A stretch of 64,000 nt of DNA, taken from NCBI GenBank assembly GCA_965202655.1, contig CBDBBK010000001.1:1461627-1525626 (forward strand), written 5' to 3'. Source of the DNA: Vicinamibacterales bacterium. Lineage in GTDB: Bacteria; Acidobacteriota; Vicinamibacteria; Vicinamibacterales; UBA8438. The notes below the pieces were generated by a model, which searched no databases, had not been told where the DNA came from, and worked only from the letters and a program-made list of their open reading frames with translations. A program made the position numbers and the translations under genes. Shown piece by piece: positions 25,472 through 38,379 of the stretch (the first letter of the stretch is position 1; the number at the start of each line of letters is the position of its first letter).

Positions 25472-27076
25472 ATGAAGCGCATGTTTACCGCCACCCTGAT
25501 CGCCATTGTCGCCGCCGGCATTGGCGCCGGGATCGACGCCGGCGCGCGCGGGACGGCCGTCGCGGCCGCTGCGCCGGCCGCCACCGGCGCCGCTGCCCTG
25601 ACCGCGGCGCAGTCCGCCGCCTGCGCGGACCTGATGTCGCTCTCGCTGGCGAACACGGAGATCACCGGCGCGGAGGTGGTCGCGGCGGGCGCGTTCACAC
25701 CGCCGGGCGGCGGCGGCCGCGGCGCGCAGATGTACGCCGCGCTGCCGGCCTTCTGCCGCGTCCTCGCGACGCTGACGCCGTCGTCCGATTCCGACATCAA
25801 GGTGGAGCTCTGGCTCCCGGCCGACGTGGACGACTGGAACGGCAAGTACCAGGCGGTCGGGAACGGCGCGTTCACCGGCTCCATCCGCCACAACTCGCTG
25901 GCCCAGGCGCTCGCGCGCGGTTACGCGGGCAGCTCGACCGACACCGGCCACGAAGGGAACACGGCCAGCTTCGGTCTCGGCCACCCGGAGAAGGTGATCG
26001 ACTTCGGCTGGCGCGCCGTGCACGAGATGACCGTCGTCTCCAAGGCGGCGATCGAGGCCTATTACGACGAGGCGGCCCGCTACTCGTACTGGGTCGGCTG
26101 CTCGGCCGGCGGCCGCCAGGCGATGAAGGCGGCCCAGCGCTTCCCGGACGACTTCGACGGCATCATCGCCGGCGCGCCCGGCAACGCCTGGACCGATCGC
26201 GCCGCCGCCTCGCTGAGGGTGGCGAAGCCGCTGGAAGCGGACCCGGCGATGCAGTTGCCGGAAGCGACGCGCGAACTCGTCCACAAAGCGGTGCTGGAGG
26301 CGTGCGACGCCGGCGACGGCGTGACCGACGGCGTGGTGGGCGATCCGGAGCGGTGCGATTTCGATCCCTCGGCGCTGGCCTGCCAGGGTTCGGACAGCGA
26401 AGGATGCCTGACGCCGCCGCAGTTGAACGCGGTCCGGATGATCTACGCGTCGCCCGAGAACCCGGCGACCGGGCGGCCGATCACCGGTCTGCTGCCCGGC
26501 AGCGAGCTGGGCTGGACCGACCTGGGCTGGACCAACTCGGCCCGCGCGACCGGCCTGGAGCAGTTCCGCTACCTGACGTTCGCCGACCCCGAGTGGACCA
26601 TCGACCAGTTCAACTTCGAGACCGACATCGTCCGCGCCGAAGAGGTGGACAACGACACCCTCAACGCGCTCGACCCGAACCTGCGGCCGTTCTTCGACCG
26701 GGGCGGTAAGCTGATCGCCTACCACGGCTGGAGCGATCCGCAGATCTCGCCGGCGAACGCGACGCAGTACTACAGCCGCGTCCTCGACACTCTCGGCGGG
26801 CGCGACGCCGTCCACGACAACTACCGCCTGTTCATGGCCCCCGGCATGGGCCACTGCGCCGGCGGCAACGGGCCGAGCCGCTTCGACATGCTCACGGCGC
26901 TGGAAGCCTGGGTGGAAGAGGGCAGCGCCCCCAACTCCGTCCTCGCGGAGCGCCAGCGGGACGGCCGGGTCGATCGCACCCGCCCGCTGTGCCCCTATCC
27001 GGAGCAGGCGGTCTACGACGGCAGCGGCAGCACGGACGACGCCGCCAACTTCAGTTGCCGGATGCCGTCGGAGTAG
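25472..27076 (+). CDS. tannase / feruloyl esterase family alpha/beta hydrolase, secreted
   Basis: ATG 25472 preceded by GGAGG. KVELWLPADVDDWNGKYQAVGNGAFTG. WVGCSAGGRQAMKAAQRFPDDFDGIIAGAP (GCSxGG). MAPGMGHCAGG. Confidence 0.8.
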   Translation: MKRMFTATLIAIVAAGIGAGIDAGARGTAVAAAAPAATGAAALTAAQSAACADLMSLSLANTEITGAEVVAAGAFTPPGGGGRGAQMYAALPAFCRVLATLTPSSDSDIKVELWLPADVDDWNGKYQAVGNGAFTGSIRHNSLAQALARGYAGSSTDTGHEGNTASFGLGHPEKVIDFGWRAVHEMTVVSKAAIEAYYDEAARYSYWVGCSAGGRQAMKAAQRFPDDFDGIIAGAPGNAWTDRAAASLRVAKPLEADPAMQLPEATRELVHKAVLEACDAGDGVTDGVVGDPERCDFDPSALACQGSDSEGCLTPPQLNAVRMIYASPENPATGRPITGLLPGSELGWTDLGWTNSARATGLEQFRYLTFADPEWTIDQFNFETDIVRAEEVDNDTLNALDPNLRPFFDRGGKLIAYHGWSDPQISPANATQYYSRVLDTLGGRDAVHDNYRLFMAPGMGHCAGGNGPSRFDMLTALEAWVEEGSAPNSVLAERQRDGRVDRTRPLCPYPEQAVYDGSGSTDDAANFSCRMPSE

Positions 27077-27092
27077 TCGGCACACGTCAACG

Positions 27093-27128
27093 GGATCAGC
27101 GCAACTCACTGATCCTGTTGATGTTGTT
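27093..27128 (+). terminator. rho-independent terminator candidate after the esterase gene
   Basis: GGATCAG (27093-27099) / CTGATCC (27109-27115), a 7-bp stem with a 9-nt loop, followed by TGTTGATGTTGTT. Confidence 0.4.
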
Positions 27129-27139
27129 CGGCTAATCTA

Positions 27140-27167
27140 AACTAGAGAAAGTCGACTTTCTCTAGTT
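27140..27167. repeat. 28-nt perfect AT-rich palindrome AACTAGAGAAAGTCGACTTTCTCTAGTT
   Basis: Read directly from the sequence. It is fully self-complementary and lies in the 214-bp intergenic region. Confidence 0.9.
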
Positions 27168-27252
27168 GATTTCCCGCTGCCGGCTGGGTACGCCGATAGC
27201 TGATGGCGACAGTCTGGAGAACGACGGCGATGAGCGGCCGTAGCGCGAGGGC

Positions 27253-28539
<1,287 letters not shown>

Positions 28540-28543
<4 letters not shown>

Positions 28544-28929
28544 AACTGCTGCTCGACACCTGCACGTTCCTGTGGCTGGCCACCGACGATCCGCGATTGC
28601 CGCTACGCGCACGCACAGAGTGCCGTTCGCCCCGCAACTTCGTTTACCTGAGCGCACTCTCCGCGCTGGAAATCGCCATCAAGCATCGGCTGGGGAAGTT
28701 GGAGCTTCCGGATCCTCCGGAACGGTTCATCAGCCGCGCGCGTGAACGGTTGCGGATCGAGCCGTTGCCGTTCGACGAGCAGGACGCGGCGCACGACGCG
28801 CTCCTGCCAGACCATCACGGCGACCCGTTCGACCGCTGCCTGGTCTCGCAGGCGATCCTGCGCGGAATGACGATCGTGACGCCCGACGCGGACATCGCCA
28901 GGTATCCAGCGCCCGTCCTCTGGCTGTAG
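28540..28929 (+). CDS. vapC: PIN-domain toxin, VapC family
   Basis: (V/M)KLLLDTCTFLWLATDDPRL...YLSALSALEIAIKHRLGKLELP...LPDHHGDPFDRCLVSQAILRGMTIVTPD. GTG 28540 is preferred because of its family-typical N-terminus and the stop overlap; ATG 28522 is the alternative. Confidence 0.8.
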
Positions 28930-28942
28930 CGAAGTCTACCGA

Positions 28943-30457
28943 TCAGCGGCCGTCGCGCGACTCGACCACGTCCGGATCGCCGAGCGTCCAGTCGATCGTG
29001 TTGTCGGCGCCGACGGCAGTGGTGGGATCGGCGCCCAGCTCGAGGAGAAGCGCCTCCATCTCGGGCCAGCGCTTGCCGGTGTTGGAATAGAACACGCCCT
29101 TCGCGATGCGGAACGGCGTCCAGCCTTTTTCGTTGGTCGCCTCGATGTCCGCCCCCTGGTCCAGCAGGAACCGGACGAGCGGCTCGGACCCGCGGATGAT
29201 GGCGCCGTGCAGCGCCGTGTCGCCGTTGTCGTCCACGGTGGCGATGTCACCGCCCAGCTCCAGGGCGTACTCGACCGCCTCCAGCGCCTCCTCGTTGGTG
29301 CCGGGGCTCTCGCCGACGGCCCAGATGCCGACGCCGGCCGCGACCATCAGCGGCGTGGTGCCGTCCTCGTTCGGAATCAGCGGGTCGGCGCCCAGTTCGA
29401 CGAGAAGACGCATCATCTCGACGTCGGCCCCCTTGGCGGCCAGCAGGAACGGCGTGGACCCGATCCGGTTCAGGACGTTGCGGTAGCGGTTGTTCGGCTC
29501 CTTCGTCATCCGGGCGTTCAGGTCGGCGCCCTGCTCGACGAGCTTCCGGACGAACTCCAGATCCGTCATCGTGCCGGTGACGATGGGTGGCGGGTTGTTG
29601 AAACCGAGATTGGGGCGGCGCGTCCACTTGATCTCGTGGAGCGCCGTCCAGCCGTTGTCGTCGGCATTGGGATCGGCGCCCGCATCGAGCAGCACGGCGC
29701 CCAGCTCGTAGTGGCCGTTCTTCGTCGCCAGGACGAGAGCGCTGGTGCCGTCGAGCAAGGTCTCGTCCGGGTTCGCGCCGGCATCGAGCAGCAGCCGCGC
29801 CATCTCGATGTAGCCCGCGCGCACGGCAAACAGCAGCGGACTGAAGCCGAGGCTTCCGGCGGAACGCTCGTGAACGTCGGCGCCAGCGTCAATCAGCGTC
29901 TTCGCCGCTTCCAGGCGGTTCTCCGTGGACGCCCACATCAGTGCGGTCTGGCCCCGCCATGACTCGGCCCGGTTCGGGTCGGCGCCCGCGTCTAGGAGCA
30001 GTTGCACGGCGTCAGCCCGGCCGCTGCGGGCAACCGTCATCAGCAGGGTCTCGCCCTCCGGGGTCGCCCAGTCCGGATCGGCCCCCGCGTCGAGCAGCAG
30101 CGTGAGGAAAGCGACGCTGGCGTTTTCGGCGGCCAGCGCGATCGGCGTCACGTCGAACCCCGTCGCGGTGTCGACCTGCGCGCCCGCCCCGATCAGCGTG
30201 CGTCCGATCTCGACCGCGTCGTCGAACGCGGCCCAGTGGAGCGCGGTCGAGCCATCGGCGTCGGCCGCGCTGACGTCGACACCGTCTGCAATCAGCGCGC
30301 GCACCTGCTCCAGATTGCCCGCCCGCACCGCCTCGACGAGGGGCAGATCGGCCGGCGCCGCCACCGCGACTCCAACGCCGGCGGTGAACCCGGCCGCCAT
30401 CCCGATCACGGCGAGCGCCGCGGTTGCCCTGCGCCGCAAGTTCCCGTTTGACCGCAT
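28943..30457 (-). CDS. exported ankyrin-repeat protein (triad copy B)
   Basis: Signal peptide, then ANK repeats. It is collinear with 19063-20541 (e.g. WTALHEIKWTRRPNLGFNNPPP vs WTALHQVVWTRRPNLGRNPPFP; NVLNRIGSTPFLLAAKGADVEMMRLLVELGADP vs NVLNRIGSTAFLQAAKVADIEMMQLLVDLGADP). Confidence 0.85.
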   Translation of the reverse strand: MRSNGNLRRRATAALAVIGMAAGFTAGVGVAVAAPADLPLVEAVRAGNLEQVRALIADGVDVSAADADGSTALHWAAFDDAVEIGRTLIGAGAQVDTATGFDVTPIALAAENASVAFLTLLLDAGADPDWATPEGETLLMTVARSGRADAVQLLLDAGADPNRAESWRGQTALMWASTENRLEAAKTLIDAGADVHERSAGSLGFSPLLFAVRAGYIEMARLLLDAGANPDETLLDGTSALVLATKNGHYELGAVLLDAGADPNADDNGWTALHEIKWTRRPNLGFNNPPPIVTGTMTDLEFVRKLVEQGADLNARMTKEPNNRYRNVLNRIGSTPFLLAAKGADVEMMRLLVELGADPLIPNEDGTTPLMVAAGVGIWAVGESPGTNEEALEAVEYALELGGDIATVDDNGDTALHGAIIRGSEPLVRFLLDQGADIEATNEKGWTPFRIAKGVFYSNTGKRWPEMEALLLELGADPTTAVGADNTIDWTLGDPDVVESRDGR

Positions 30458-30492
30458 AGCTACTCAGAACCGAGTCCGGCGCGCCCTCGTTT

Positions 30493-31845
30493 CTAGACGT
30501 CGGTGAGCGCCGTCAGACGCCCGGTGCTGTCGCCCAACTGCTCCTCCGGCAGGCCCGCCTTGCCCAGCATGCTGATGAGCAGGTTGGTCATCGGCGTGTC
30601 CTTCGGATACTCGAGGTGGCGTCCGCCGCGCATGCCGGCCGCCTTGCCGCCCACCGTCAGGACCGGCAGGTCGTAGTGCAGGTGGTCGTTGCTGTCGCCC
30701 AGCCCGGCGCCGTAGAGAACCATCGAGTTGTCGAGCAGCGAACCCTCGCCATCGGGCGCCGCCTCGAGGCTCCCCAGGAAGTGCGTGAACAACTCGACGT
30801 GGTGCCGGTTGATCGTCGACAGCTTCGCCAGCTTCTCCGGATCGTTGCGGTGGTGCGACAGGCCGTGGTGCGGATCCGGCACGCCGATCTGCGGATAGGT
30901 CCGGCCACCCAGCTCGCGGCCCACCATGAAGGTGAACACGCGCGTGATGTCCGCCTGGTAGGCGAGCGAGATCAGGTCGAACATCAACCTGACGTGTTCC
31001 TCGTACGAGTCGGGAATGCCGGCGGGACGCTCCAGTTCGTCGGGCAGCGCCGTGTCGGCTCCCTGCGCCTCCGACAACTGGATGCGGCGCTCCACGGCGC
31101 GCACGGCGTCGAGATACTGATCCAGGCGGTGGCGATCGTTGTTGCCGAGGCTCCGCTCGAGATGCGTCAGGTCGTCGGTCACCGAATCGAGGATGCTCCG
31201 GTCGGTGCGCAACTCGGCGAGCCGCTCCTCCCGCGTTCCGCCGTCGCCGAAGAGCCGCTCGAAGACGACGCGCGGGTTGTTCTCCATCGGCAGGGGCGTC
31301 GTCGCCGTGCGCCACGCCACCGTGTTCATGTAGACGCACGAGTAGCCGTTCTCGCAGTTGCCCACGAGGAAGTCGAGGTCGATCGCCAGCTCCAGCGACG
31401 GCAGCGGCGTGTCGCGTCCGATCTCGGCCGCCGCCACCTGGTCCGCCGTGATCCCGGCGCGCACGTCGGCCCCTTCCGTCTGCTTCGGATGGACGCCGTT
31501 CAGCCAGACGGAACTCGCCCGGGAATGTTCGCCGTTACCGTCGCCGAGCGGTTCCGCCTGCCCATGGGCGAGCCGACTGTAGACGATCGTCTGATCGTGG
31601 AACGACGCGAGCGGGCTGAGCGACGGCGAGAGCGTCAGCTCGGTCCCGTTGCTCTCCGGCGTCCAGGTCTGCATCACCGCGCCGTTCGGCAGGTAGATGA
31701 AACCGAGTCGCTTGACGGGCGCCGCCGCGGTCTTCGAGAGCGCGGTCAGGGCCGGCGACATCGCGTCGAGCAGCGGCAGCGCAACTGCGGTCCCGACGCC
31801 GCGGAGGAACGTCCGGCGCGGCAGTGCGAGCTTGGTGATGATCAT
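30493..31845 (-). CDS. DUF1552 domain protein with twin-arginine signal (triad copy B)
   Basis: MIITKLALPRRTFLRGVGTAVALPLLDAM. GDGNGEHSRASSVWLNGVHP. ITRVFTFMVGRE. By eye roughly two thirds identical to copy A. Confidence 0.8.
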   Translation of the reverse strand: MIITKLALPRRTFLRGVGTAVALPLLDAMSPALTALSKTAAAPVKRLGFIYLPNGAVMQTWTPESNGTELTLSPSLSPLASFHDQTIVYSRLAHGQAEPLGDGNGEHSRASSVWLNGVHPKQTEGADVRAGITADQVAAAEIGRDTPLPSLELAIDLDFLVGNCENGYSCVYMNTVAWRTATTPLPMENNPRVVFERLFGDGGTREERLAELRTDRSILDSVTDDLTHLERSLGNNDRHRLDQYLDAVRAVERRIQLSEAQGADTALPDELERPAGIPDSYEEHVRLMFDLISLAYQADITRVFTFMVGRELGGRTYPQIGVPDPHHGLSHHRNDPEKLAKLSTINRHHVELFTHFLGSLEAAPDGEGSLLDNSMVLYGAGLGDSNDHLHYDLPVLTVGGKAAGMRGGRHLEYPKDTPMTNLLISMLGKAGLPEEQLGDSTGRLTALTDV

Positions 31846-34250
31846 GATGCGGATCTCCTCATCTGGAAGGGCGTGCTCCGGACGATGCCCAGAATGATCG
31901 ACGAGAACGTCGTGCCGTCACGCGCGGCGTCGCGGGTGATGGCGCGGATGGCGGGTGCGTCGTAGTGCTCGACGCCGCGGCCGAGCGCGTAGGTCATCAG
32001 CTTCTCGGCCAGCGTGGTGACCAGGAGGTCGGGCCGCAGCAGCAGCGCGTCGCGCAGGCCGGCAGCGCCCTCGAACTCGGTGCCGTCGGGTAGCATGCCG
32101 GACGCATCGATCGGCAGGTTCGCCTCGTTGCGGGTCCGGTGCCTGCCGACCGCGTCGAACTCTTCGAGCGCGAAGCCCGGCGGATCCATCAGGCGGTGGC
32201 AGCTTGCGCAGACCGGGCTGGCGCGATGCTGTTCCATCGCTTCGCGCATCGACAGCGCGTGTCCCTCATCGGTCGTCTCCTCGAGGGACGGCACGTCCGG
32301 CGGCGGAAGGGGCGGCGGCGTGCCCAGCAGGTTCTCGAGCACCCACTTGCCGCGCAGCACGGGCGAGGTCCGCGTCGGATAGGCGGTCGCCGCAAGGATG
32401 CTGCCGTGCCCCAGCAGGCCGCGCCGTGTCGCATCGGGCAACGTCACGCGCCGGAAGTGGCTGCCGGACACACCCGGAATGCCGTAGTGGCGGGCAAGCC
32501 GCTCGTTGACGAACGTATAGTCCGCGGTCAGCAACTCCAGGATGTTCCGATCCTCACGAACGATGCTCTCGAAGAAAAGCTCCGTCTCCCGCCGCATCGC
32601 CTGGCGGAGGGCCTCGCCGAACTCCGGGTACCGGTTCTCGTCGGGCACCAGGGCCGGGACATTGCGCAGGTACAGCCACTGCCCCGCGAAGTTCTCGACC
32701 AGCGCGCGCGACCGCCGGTCGCCGAGCATCCGGTGGACCTGGGCCTCCAGCACGCCCGGATCGCTCAGCCGTCCGTCTATCGCCAGTTCGAGAAGTTCGT
32801 CGTCCGGAACGCTGCTCCAGAGGAAGAACGAGAGTCGTGAGGCGAGTTCCAGATCGCTCAGCCGGTAGTTCTCGTCCGGGCCGACGCCCTCCGGATCGCG
32901 GACGACGCGGAACAGGAACTCCGGGCTGACCAGCAGGCGGCGGAGCGCCAGTTCGATACCGCGTTCGAAGTTGCCGTCCGCCGCGCCGTCGTCATAGAAG
33001 CCGAGCAGGACGTCCAGATCGCGATCGCTCACCGGGCGCCGGTAACCGCGCCGCGCCAGCGTCGAGAGAATCTCGCGGGCACAGGCTCGCGCCTCGTCCG
33101 CGCCGGCGCCACCCGCCGGCCGGCAGGTGAAAATGCGCGCACGGCTCGGCGTGTCCACGGCGGGCGGGGCGCCGCTGCCTTCGAACGGCCCGGTGATCAC
33201 GACGCTCTCGAGGTACGGCTGATAACGCGTGTCGCCTCCCGTAGTGTTGGTGTAGGGCCGGAGGTACGGCTGCCGGAGCGTCTCCGGATAGGCCGACGTC
33301 TTCTTCCGGAACGTGACGCGCAGGGTCCGCGGCCCGGCGCGCACCGGCAGGCGAATCACCCAGTCCTCATCGATGCGGCCCTGGGCGAGCCGCCACTCGC
33401 GATACTCGTCGCTCCGCCGATCCTCGGGAGGTGTTTCGCCTCCGACGGTGAAGGTCTCGAGGTGCTCGCCGTCCAGGCTGACGTGCAGCTCGTGCGCTTC
33501 CGGAAACGTCTGGATGTTGTCCGCCGTATCGCGGCTCAGCCGGACGCGGATGGTGTACTCGGCATCGGCCGGAAAGACGAACGGAACGGCCATGCCCCCA
33601 CGCGTGCCGAAGGGAAGGCCGTCGACCCGGTCATCCTGCGAATAGTCGGCCGCGAGCCGGTAGGTCAGCGCGGTCGCGGTCAGGTCCGGGTTGCCCACCG
33701 CGAGGCGGCTGACCTTCTTCGCCGCAGACAGATAGCGTTCAAGCAAGGTCGGCGAGACGCCCAGGACGCCCGCGATATTGTCGAAGCCGTAGCTGCCGTC
33801 GTCGGCCGGAAGCAGCTCGGCGACATCGACGTCGAGCGCGAGCAGGTCCCGGACGACGTTGCGGTATTCGGCGCGGTTCAGCCGATGGAACGTCTCGGTC
33901 CGGCCCGGGTTCGGGTCGAAAGCGGCCGACGCGTCGAGTTCCGATTCCAGCCACCCGATGAAGCTCGCGTAGGTCGCCTCGTCGGGCCGCGGGCGTGGCG
34001 CCGGCGGCATGGCGCCCGCGCGCAGCTTGCGCGCCACCTTCTCCCACAGCGCGGGATCCGCCGCGACGTCGGCCACGTCAGCCGTGTCGAGTTGCAGCTC
34101 GGCAGTCCGAAGCCGCTCGTTGTGGCAGGTGACGCAGTAGCGGTCAAGCAGCGCCCGGTGGTCGAGTTCCTGAGCTTCGGCCGGAACGGCGGCCGCCAGC
34201 GCGAGCGCCGCAACCGAGACTCGCAGAATTCCCCCGGCCAGTCGCATCAT
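31842..34250 (-). CDS. DUF1587/DUF1592/DUF1595/DUF1588/DUF1585 multidomain protein with c-type heme site (triad copy B)
   Basis: True start at the in-frame ATGATG at 34250 (MMRLAGGILRVSVAALALAAAVPAEA). YCVTCHNERL, FHRLNRAEYRNVVRDLLALDV, LASRLSFFLWSSVPDDELL, NFAGQWL and VCASCHRLMDPPGFALEEFDAVGRHR. The first 314 codons of the 1116-aa track ORF are junk overlapping the MFS gene. Confidence 0.8.
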   Translation of the reverse strand: MMRLAGGILRVSVAALALAAAVPAEAQELDHRALLDRYCVTCHNERLRTAELQLDTADVADVAADPALWEKVARKLRAGAMPPAPRPRPDEATYASFIGWLESELDASAAFDPNPGRTETFHRLNRAEYRNVVRDLLALDVDVAELLPADDGSYGFDNIAGVLGVSPTLLERYLSAAKKVSRLAVGNPDLTATALTYRLAADYSQDDRVDGLPFGTRGGMAVPFVFPADAEYTIRVRLSRDTADNIQTFPEAHELHVSLDGEHLETFTVGGETPPEDRRSDEYREWRLAQGRIDEDWVIRLPVRAGPRTLRVTFRKKTSAYPETLRQPYLRPYTNTTGGDTRYQPYLESVVITGPFEGSGAPPAVDTPSRARIFTCRPAGGAGADEARACAREILSTLARRGYRRPVSDRDLDVLLGFYDDGAADGNFERGIELALRRLLVSPEFLFRVVRDPEGVGPDENYRLSDLELASRLSFFLWSSVPDDELLELAIDGRLSDPGVLEAQVHRMLGDRRSRALVENFAGQWLYLRNVPALVPDENRYPEFGEALRQAMRRETELFFESIVREDRNILELLTADYTFVNERLARHYGIPGVSGSHFRRVTLPDATRRGLLGHGSILAATAYPTRTSPVLRGKWVLENLLGTPPPLPPPDVPSLEETTDEGHALSMREAMEQHRASPVCASCHRLMDPPGFALEEFDAVGRHRTRNEANLPIDASGMLPDGTEFEGAAGLRDALLLRPDLLVTTLAEKLMTYALGRGVEHYDAPAIRAITRDAARDGTTFSSIILGIVRSTPFQMRRSAS

Positions 34251-34294
34251 CCGGGCCCCCCGGCCCGCGTTCCTGGGCCTAACGCCAGCGCTGC

Positions 34295-35878
34295 TCAGGT
34301 CTCGCGATTCTCCCCGATCCGGGGTGATCCTGCAACCTCCGACGGTGCTGGCCGCGAGGCCCCGACCGTCTCGCGCAGCGGGATCTCCTCCAGAAGGAAA
34401 CCGAAGACGACACAGAGAATGGTCAGCGGTACGGCATACAGGAAGATCGTCTGAATCGAAGCCTCGAGGGCGCCGGCCACGCCCGTCGCCACCTCGGGCG
34501 CGAGCGCCCGGATCGCGGACGGGCTCTGGAGCAACCGGGTCACTTCGCCTCCCACCTCCGCGACGGCCTCGGCGGGGAGGCGGGCCGGCAGTTCGGTCGC
34601 AAGCCGGACGTTCAGAACCGAGCCGAAGGCCGCAACGCCGAACGAGCCGCCCATCAGGCGAAAGAACTGGGTCGATGACGTGGCGACGCCCAGGTCGCTG
34701 TGGTCCACCCCGTTCTGCACCGCGAGCAGCGACGTCTGCAGGATCATGCCGAAACCGAGACCCGAGAGGAGCATCGTCCCCGAAATGACGCCGAGCGACG
34801 TACCGCCCTCCATCGCGCTCAGCAACACCATGCCGGCTACGGTGCAGATGCCGCCCGCGATCGGATAGACGCGATAGCGGCCCGTTGCCGTGATGAGGCG
34901 TCCCGAGCCGGCCGATCCGGCCACGATGCCGGCGGTGAGCGGTAGCAGGAGCAGGCCGGAGTTGGTGGCCGAGACCCCGGTCACCACCTGGAGAAAGAGC
35001 GGCAGGAACACGACCGCCCCGAAGAACGCGCCGCCCGTCACCAGGCCCAGGCCCGCGCAGACGGAGAAGATGCGGACCCGGAACAGCCGCAGCGGCAGCA
35101 GCGGCTCCTCCGCCGCGGCCTCCCAGCGGACGAACGCCACGAGCAGGGCCGCGCCGGCCGCGCCGGATGCCAGGAACGGAACCGTGCGCCACGCCGCCAG
35201 TCCTCCCCGCTCAATCTGGAGGAGCGCGAGCAGAACCAGACTGACGCCGGTCATCAGCAGCACGGCGCCGCCGATATCCAGCTTCGCGGGGCGGTGCACG
35301 GGGGGCAGCTTCAGCATCACGGCGATCACCGCGAGCACGGCGGCGCCGATCGGCAGGTTGACCAGGAAGACCCAGCGCCACGAGACGGTGTCCACGATGA
35401 AACCGCCCACGAGAGGGCCGACGACGCTCGCAACCGCCCAGACAGCGCCCATGTAGCCGATGTAGCGCCCACGCTGCCGGGCGGGAACGATGTCGCCGAT
35501 GATGGCGAATGCCGAGGTCGCCAGGCCGCCCGCACCGATCCCCTGCACGCCACGCGCAAGCACGAGTTCGAACATCCCGGGCGCCAGACCCGCCATCAGC
35601 GACCCGAGCAGGAAGATCGCGACGGCGGCCTGATAGATGATCCGCCGGCCGTACATGTCGCCCAGCTTCCCGAAGAGGGGGGGCGTGACGGTACCGGAAA
35701 GCAGGTACGCGGTAACAACCCAGGAGTAGTAATCGAGGCCGCCCAGCTCGCCGACGATGGTGGGCAGTGCGGTCGCCACGATCATCTGATCGAGCGCCGA
35801 CAGGAACATCCCGGCCATCAGGCCGAGATAGATGACGAGAATCTGCCGGTGGGTGAAGAGGGCCGGATCCGCGCTCAT
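34295..35878 (-). CDS. MFS transporter, DHA2 (EmrB/QacA-like, 14-TMS) family
   Basis: LSALDQMIVATALPTIVGELGG, GKLGDMYGRRIIY and RGVQGIGAGGL; hydrophobic throughout. Confidence 0.8.
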   Translation of the reverse strand: MSADPALFTHRQILVIYLGLMAGMFLSALDQMIVATALPTIVGELGGLDYYSWVVTAYLLSGTVTPPLFGKLGDMYGRRIIYQAAVAIFLLGSLMAGLAPGMFELVLARGVQGIGAGGLATSAFAIIGDIVPARQRGRYIGYMGAVWAVASVVGPLVGGFIVDTVSWRWVFLVNLPIGAAVLAVIAVMLKLPPVHRPAKLDIGGAVLLMTGVSLVLLALLQIERGGLAAWRTVPFLASGAAGAALLVAFVRWEAAAEEPLLPLRLFRVRIFSVCAGLGLVTGGAFFGAVVFLPLFLQVVTGVSATNSGLLLLPLTAGIVAGSAGSGRLITATGRYRVYPIAGGICTVAGMVLLSAMEGGTSLGVISGTMLLSGLGFGMILQTSLLAVQNGVDHSDLGVATSSTQFFRLMGGSFGVAAFGSVLNVRLATELPARLPAEAVAEVGGEVTRLLQSPSAIRALAPEVATGVAGALEASIQTIFLYAVPLTILCVVFGFLLEEIPLRETVGASRPAPSEVAGSPRIGENRET

Positions 35879-35902
35879 GCGCTACGGATCGTAGCCCCCT
35901 CC

Positions 35903-35939
35903 CCACAAAACGGCGCGCCCGCCGGGGTGCGGCGCGCCG
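35903..35939 (-). terminator. rho-independent terminator candidate after the DUF2911 gene
   Basis: CGGCGCGCC (35911-35919) pairs with GGCGCGCCG (35931-35939), a 9-bp GC stem. On the minus strand it is followed by TTTTGTGGGG. Confidence 0.5.
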
Positions 35940-35955
35940 CAGCAACCTTCAGCGG

Positions 35956-36588
35956 CTAGTTGGCGAGTTGAATCGGCACGGTAGCCAACTGGTTGTCCCA
36001 GAGGACATACATCGCGCCGCCCTGCTGCGTCATGTCGACGAAACCGACCTGCAACTGGTCCATCGAGTACTCGACCGTCTCCACCGACATCGTCGTGCGC
36101 ATGACGTCCTTGCTGTCGTCGTAACCGTAGGCGCCCCACAGCGCGTTGGGGTTGTCCTCGCGAAACTGCTGCTTGACGCCCCAGGTAGTGAAAATGAGCG
36201 TCCACGCGGTCGGGTTCGCCAGGTCGGCGAACATCGTGTACTCGCCCGCCGCGAGACGCTGCCCGCCGATCAGCAGGTCCACCTCGGTCGTGAAGGTGGT
36301 CGTCTGGTCGGCCCCAACCCGCCAGAGCGGAGCGCCGGCGTAGATCCCCTGGCCGTACTCGGCGCCCTCACCGAAGATGCCCTGCCGGCCGCGGAGAATC
36401 GGGCGACCATAATGGATGTCGATCCAGCTCCCGCCTTCGTAGCGCCCCTCGTCGTTGTAGGAGCCTCCGAGCTGCGTGGCCGTATGCCCCCGCGTACTGG
36501 CCGGCCGGTTCTGCGCCTCTACGAGGCTTGTCATCATCCCTGCCGCCACGACGATCGCGACGACGCCGAAAATCTTCACTGCCCGCAT
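35956..36588 (-). CDS. DUF2911 domain protein, secreted
   Basis: Signal peptide; PLWRVGADQTTTFTTEVDLLIGGQRLAAGEYTMFADLANPTAWTLIFT. GGAGGG Shine-Dalgarno upstream. Confidence 0.6.
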   Translation of the reverse strand: MRAVKIFGVVAIVVAAGMMTSLVEAQNRPASTRGHTATQLGGSYNDEGRYEGGSWIDIHYGRPILRGRQGIFGEGAEYGQGIYAGAPLWRVGADQTTTFTTEVDLLIGGQRLAAGEYTMFADLANPTAWTLIFTTWGVKQQFREDNPNALWGAYGYDDSKDVMRTTMSVETVEYSMDQLQVGFVDMTQQGGAMYVLWDNQLATVPIQLAN

Positions 36589-36712
36589 GCTCTTTTCCCT
36601 CCGAGAGTTGGACCGATGCCCGTGTTCTCAGTTGCCGAAGTACGAGTACTGCCGACGGTCAGCCTCCGAATCGAACCTGGCTGCCGAACGCGTCAGTCTG
36701 GATCGAACGTGA

Positions 36713-38353
<1,641 letters not shown>

Positions 38354-38379
38354 CACGAAAATCTTACCGTTTCGCGGTG

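Noticed and set aside
34251-35192. N-terminal 314 codons of the 1116-aa ORF 31842-35192. Similar 5' extensions occur in 1473-3194, 3636-4754, 16660-18981, 21893-24379, 25259-27076, 36713-38398, 46219-47268, 55164-56870 and 59883-62372.
   Set aside because: The extensions overlap neighbouring real genes (here the MFS transporter) in another frame and are compositionally junk. Internal ATGs followed by signal peptides, preceded by Shine-Dalgarno sites or overlapping the upstream stop, give family-typical N-termini.
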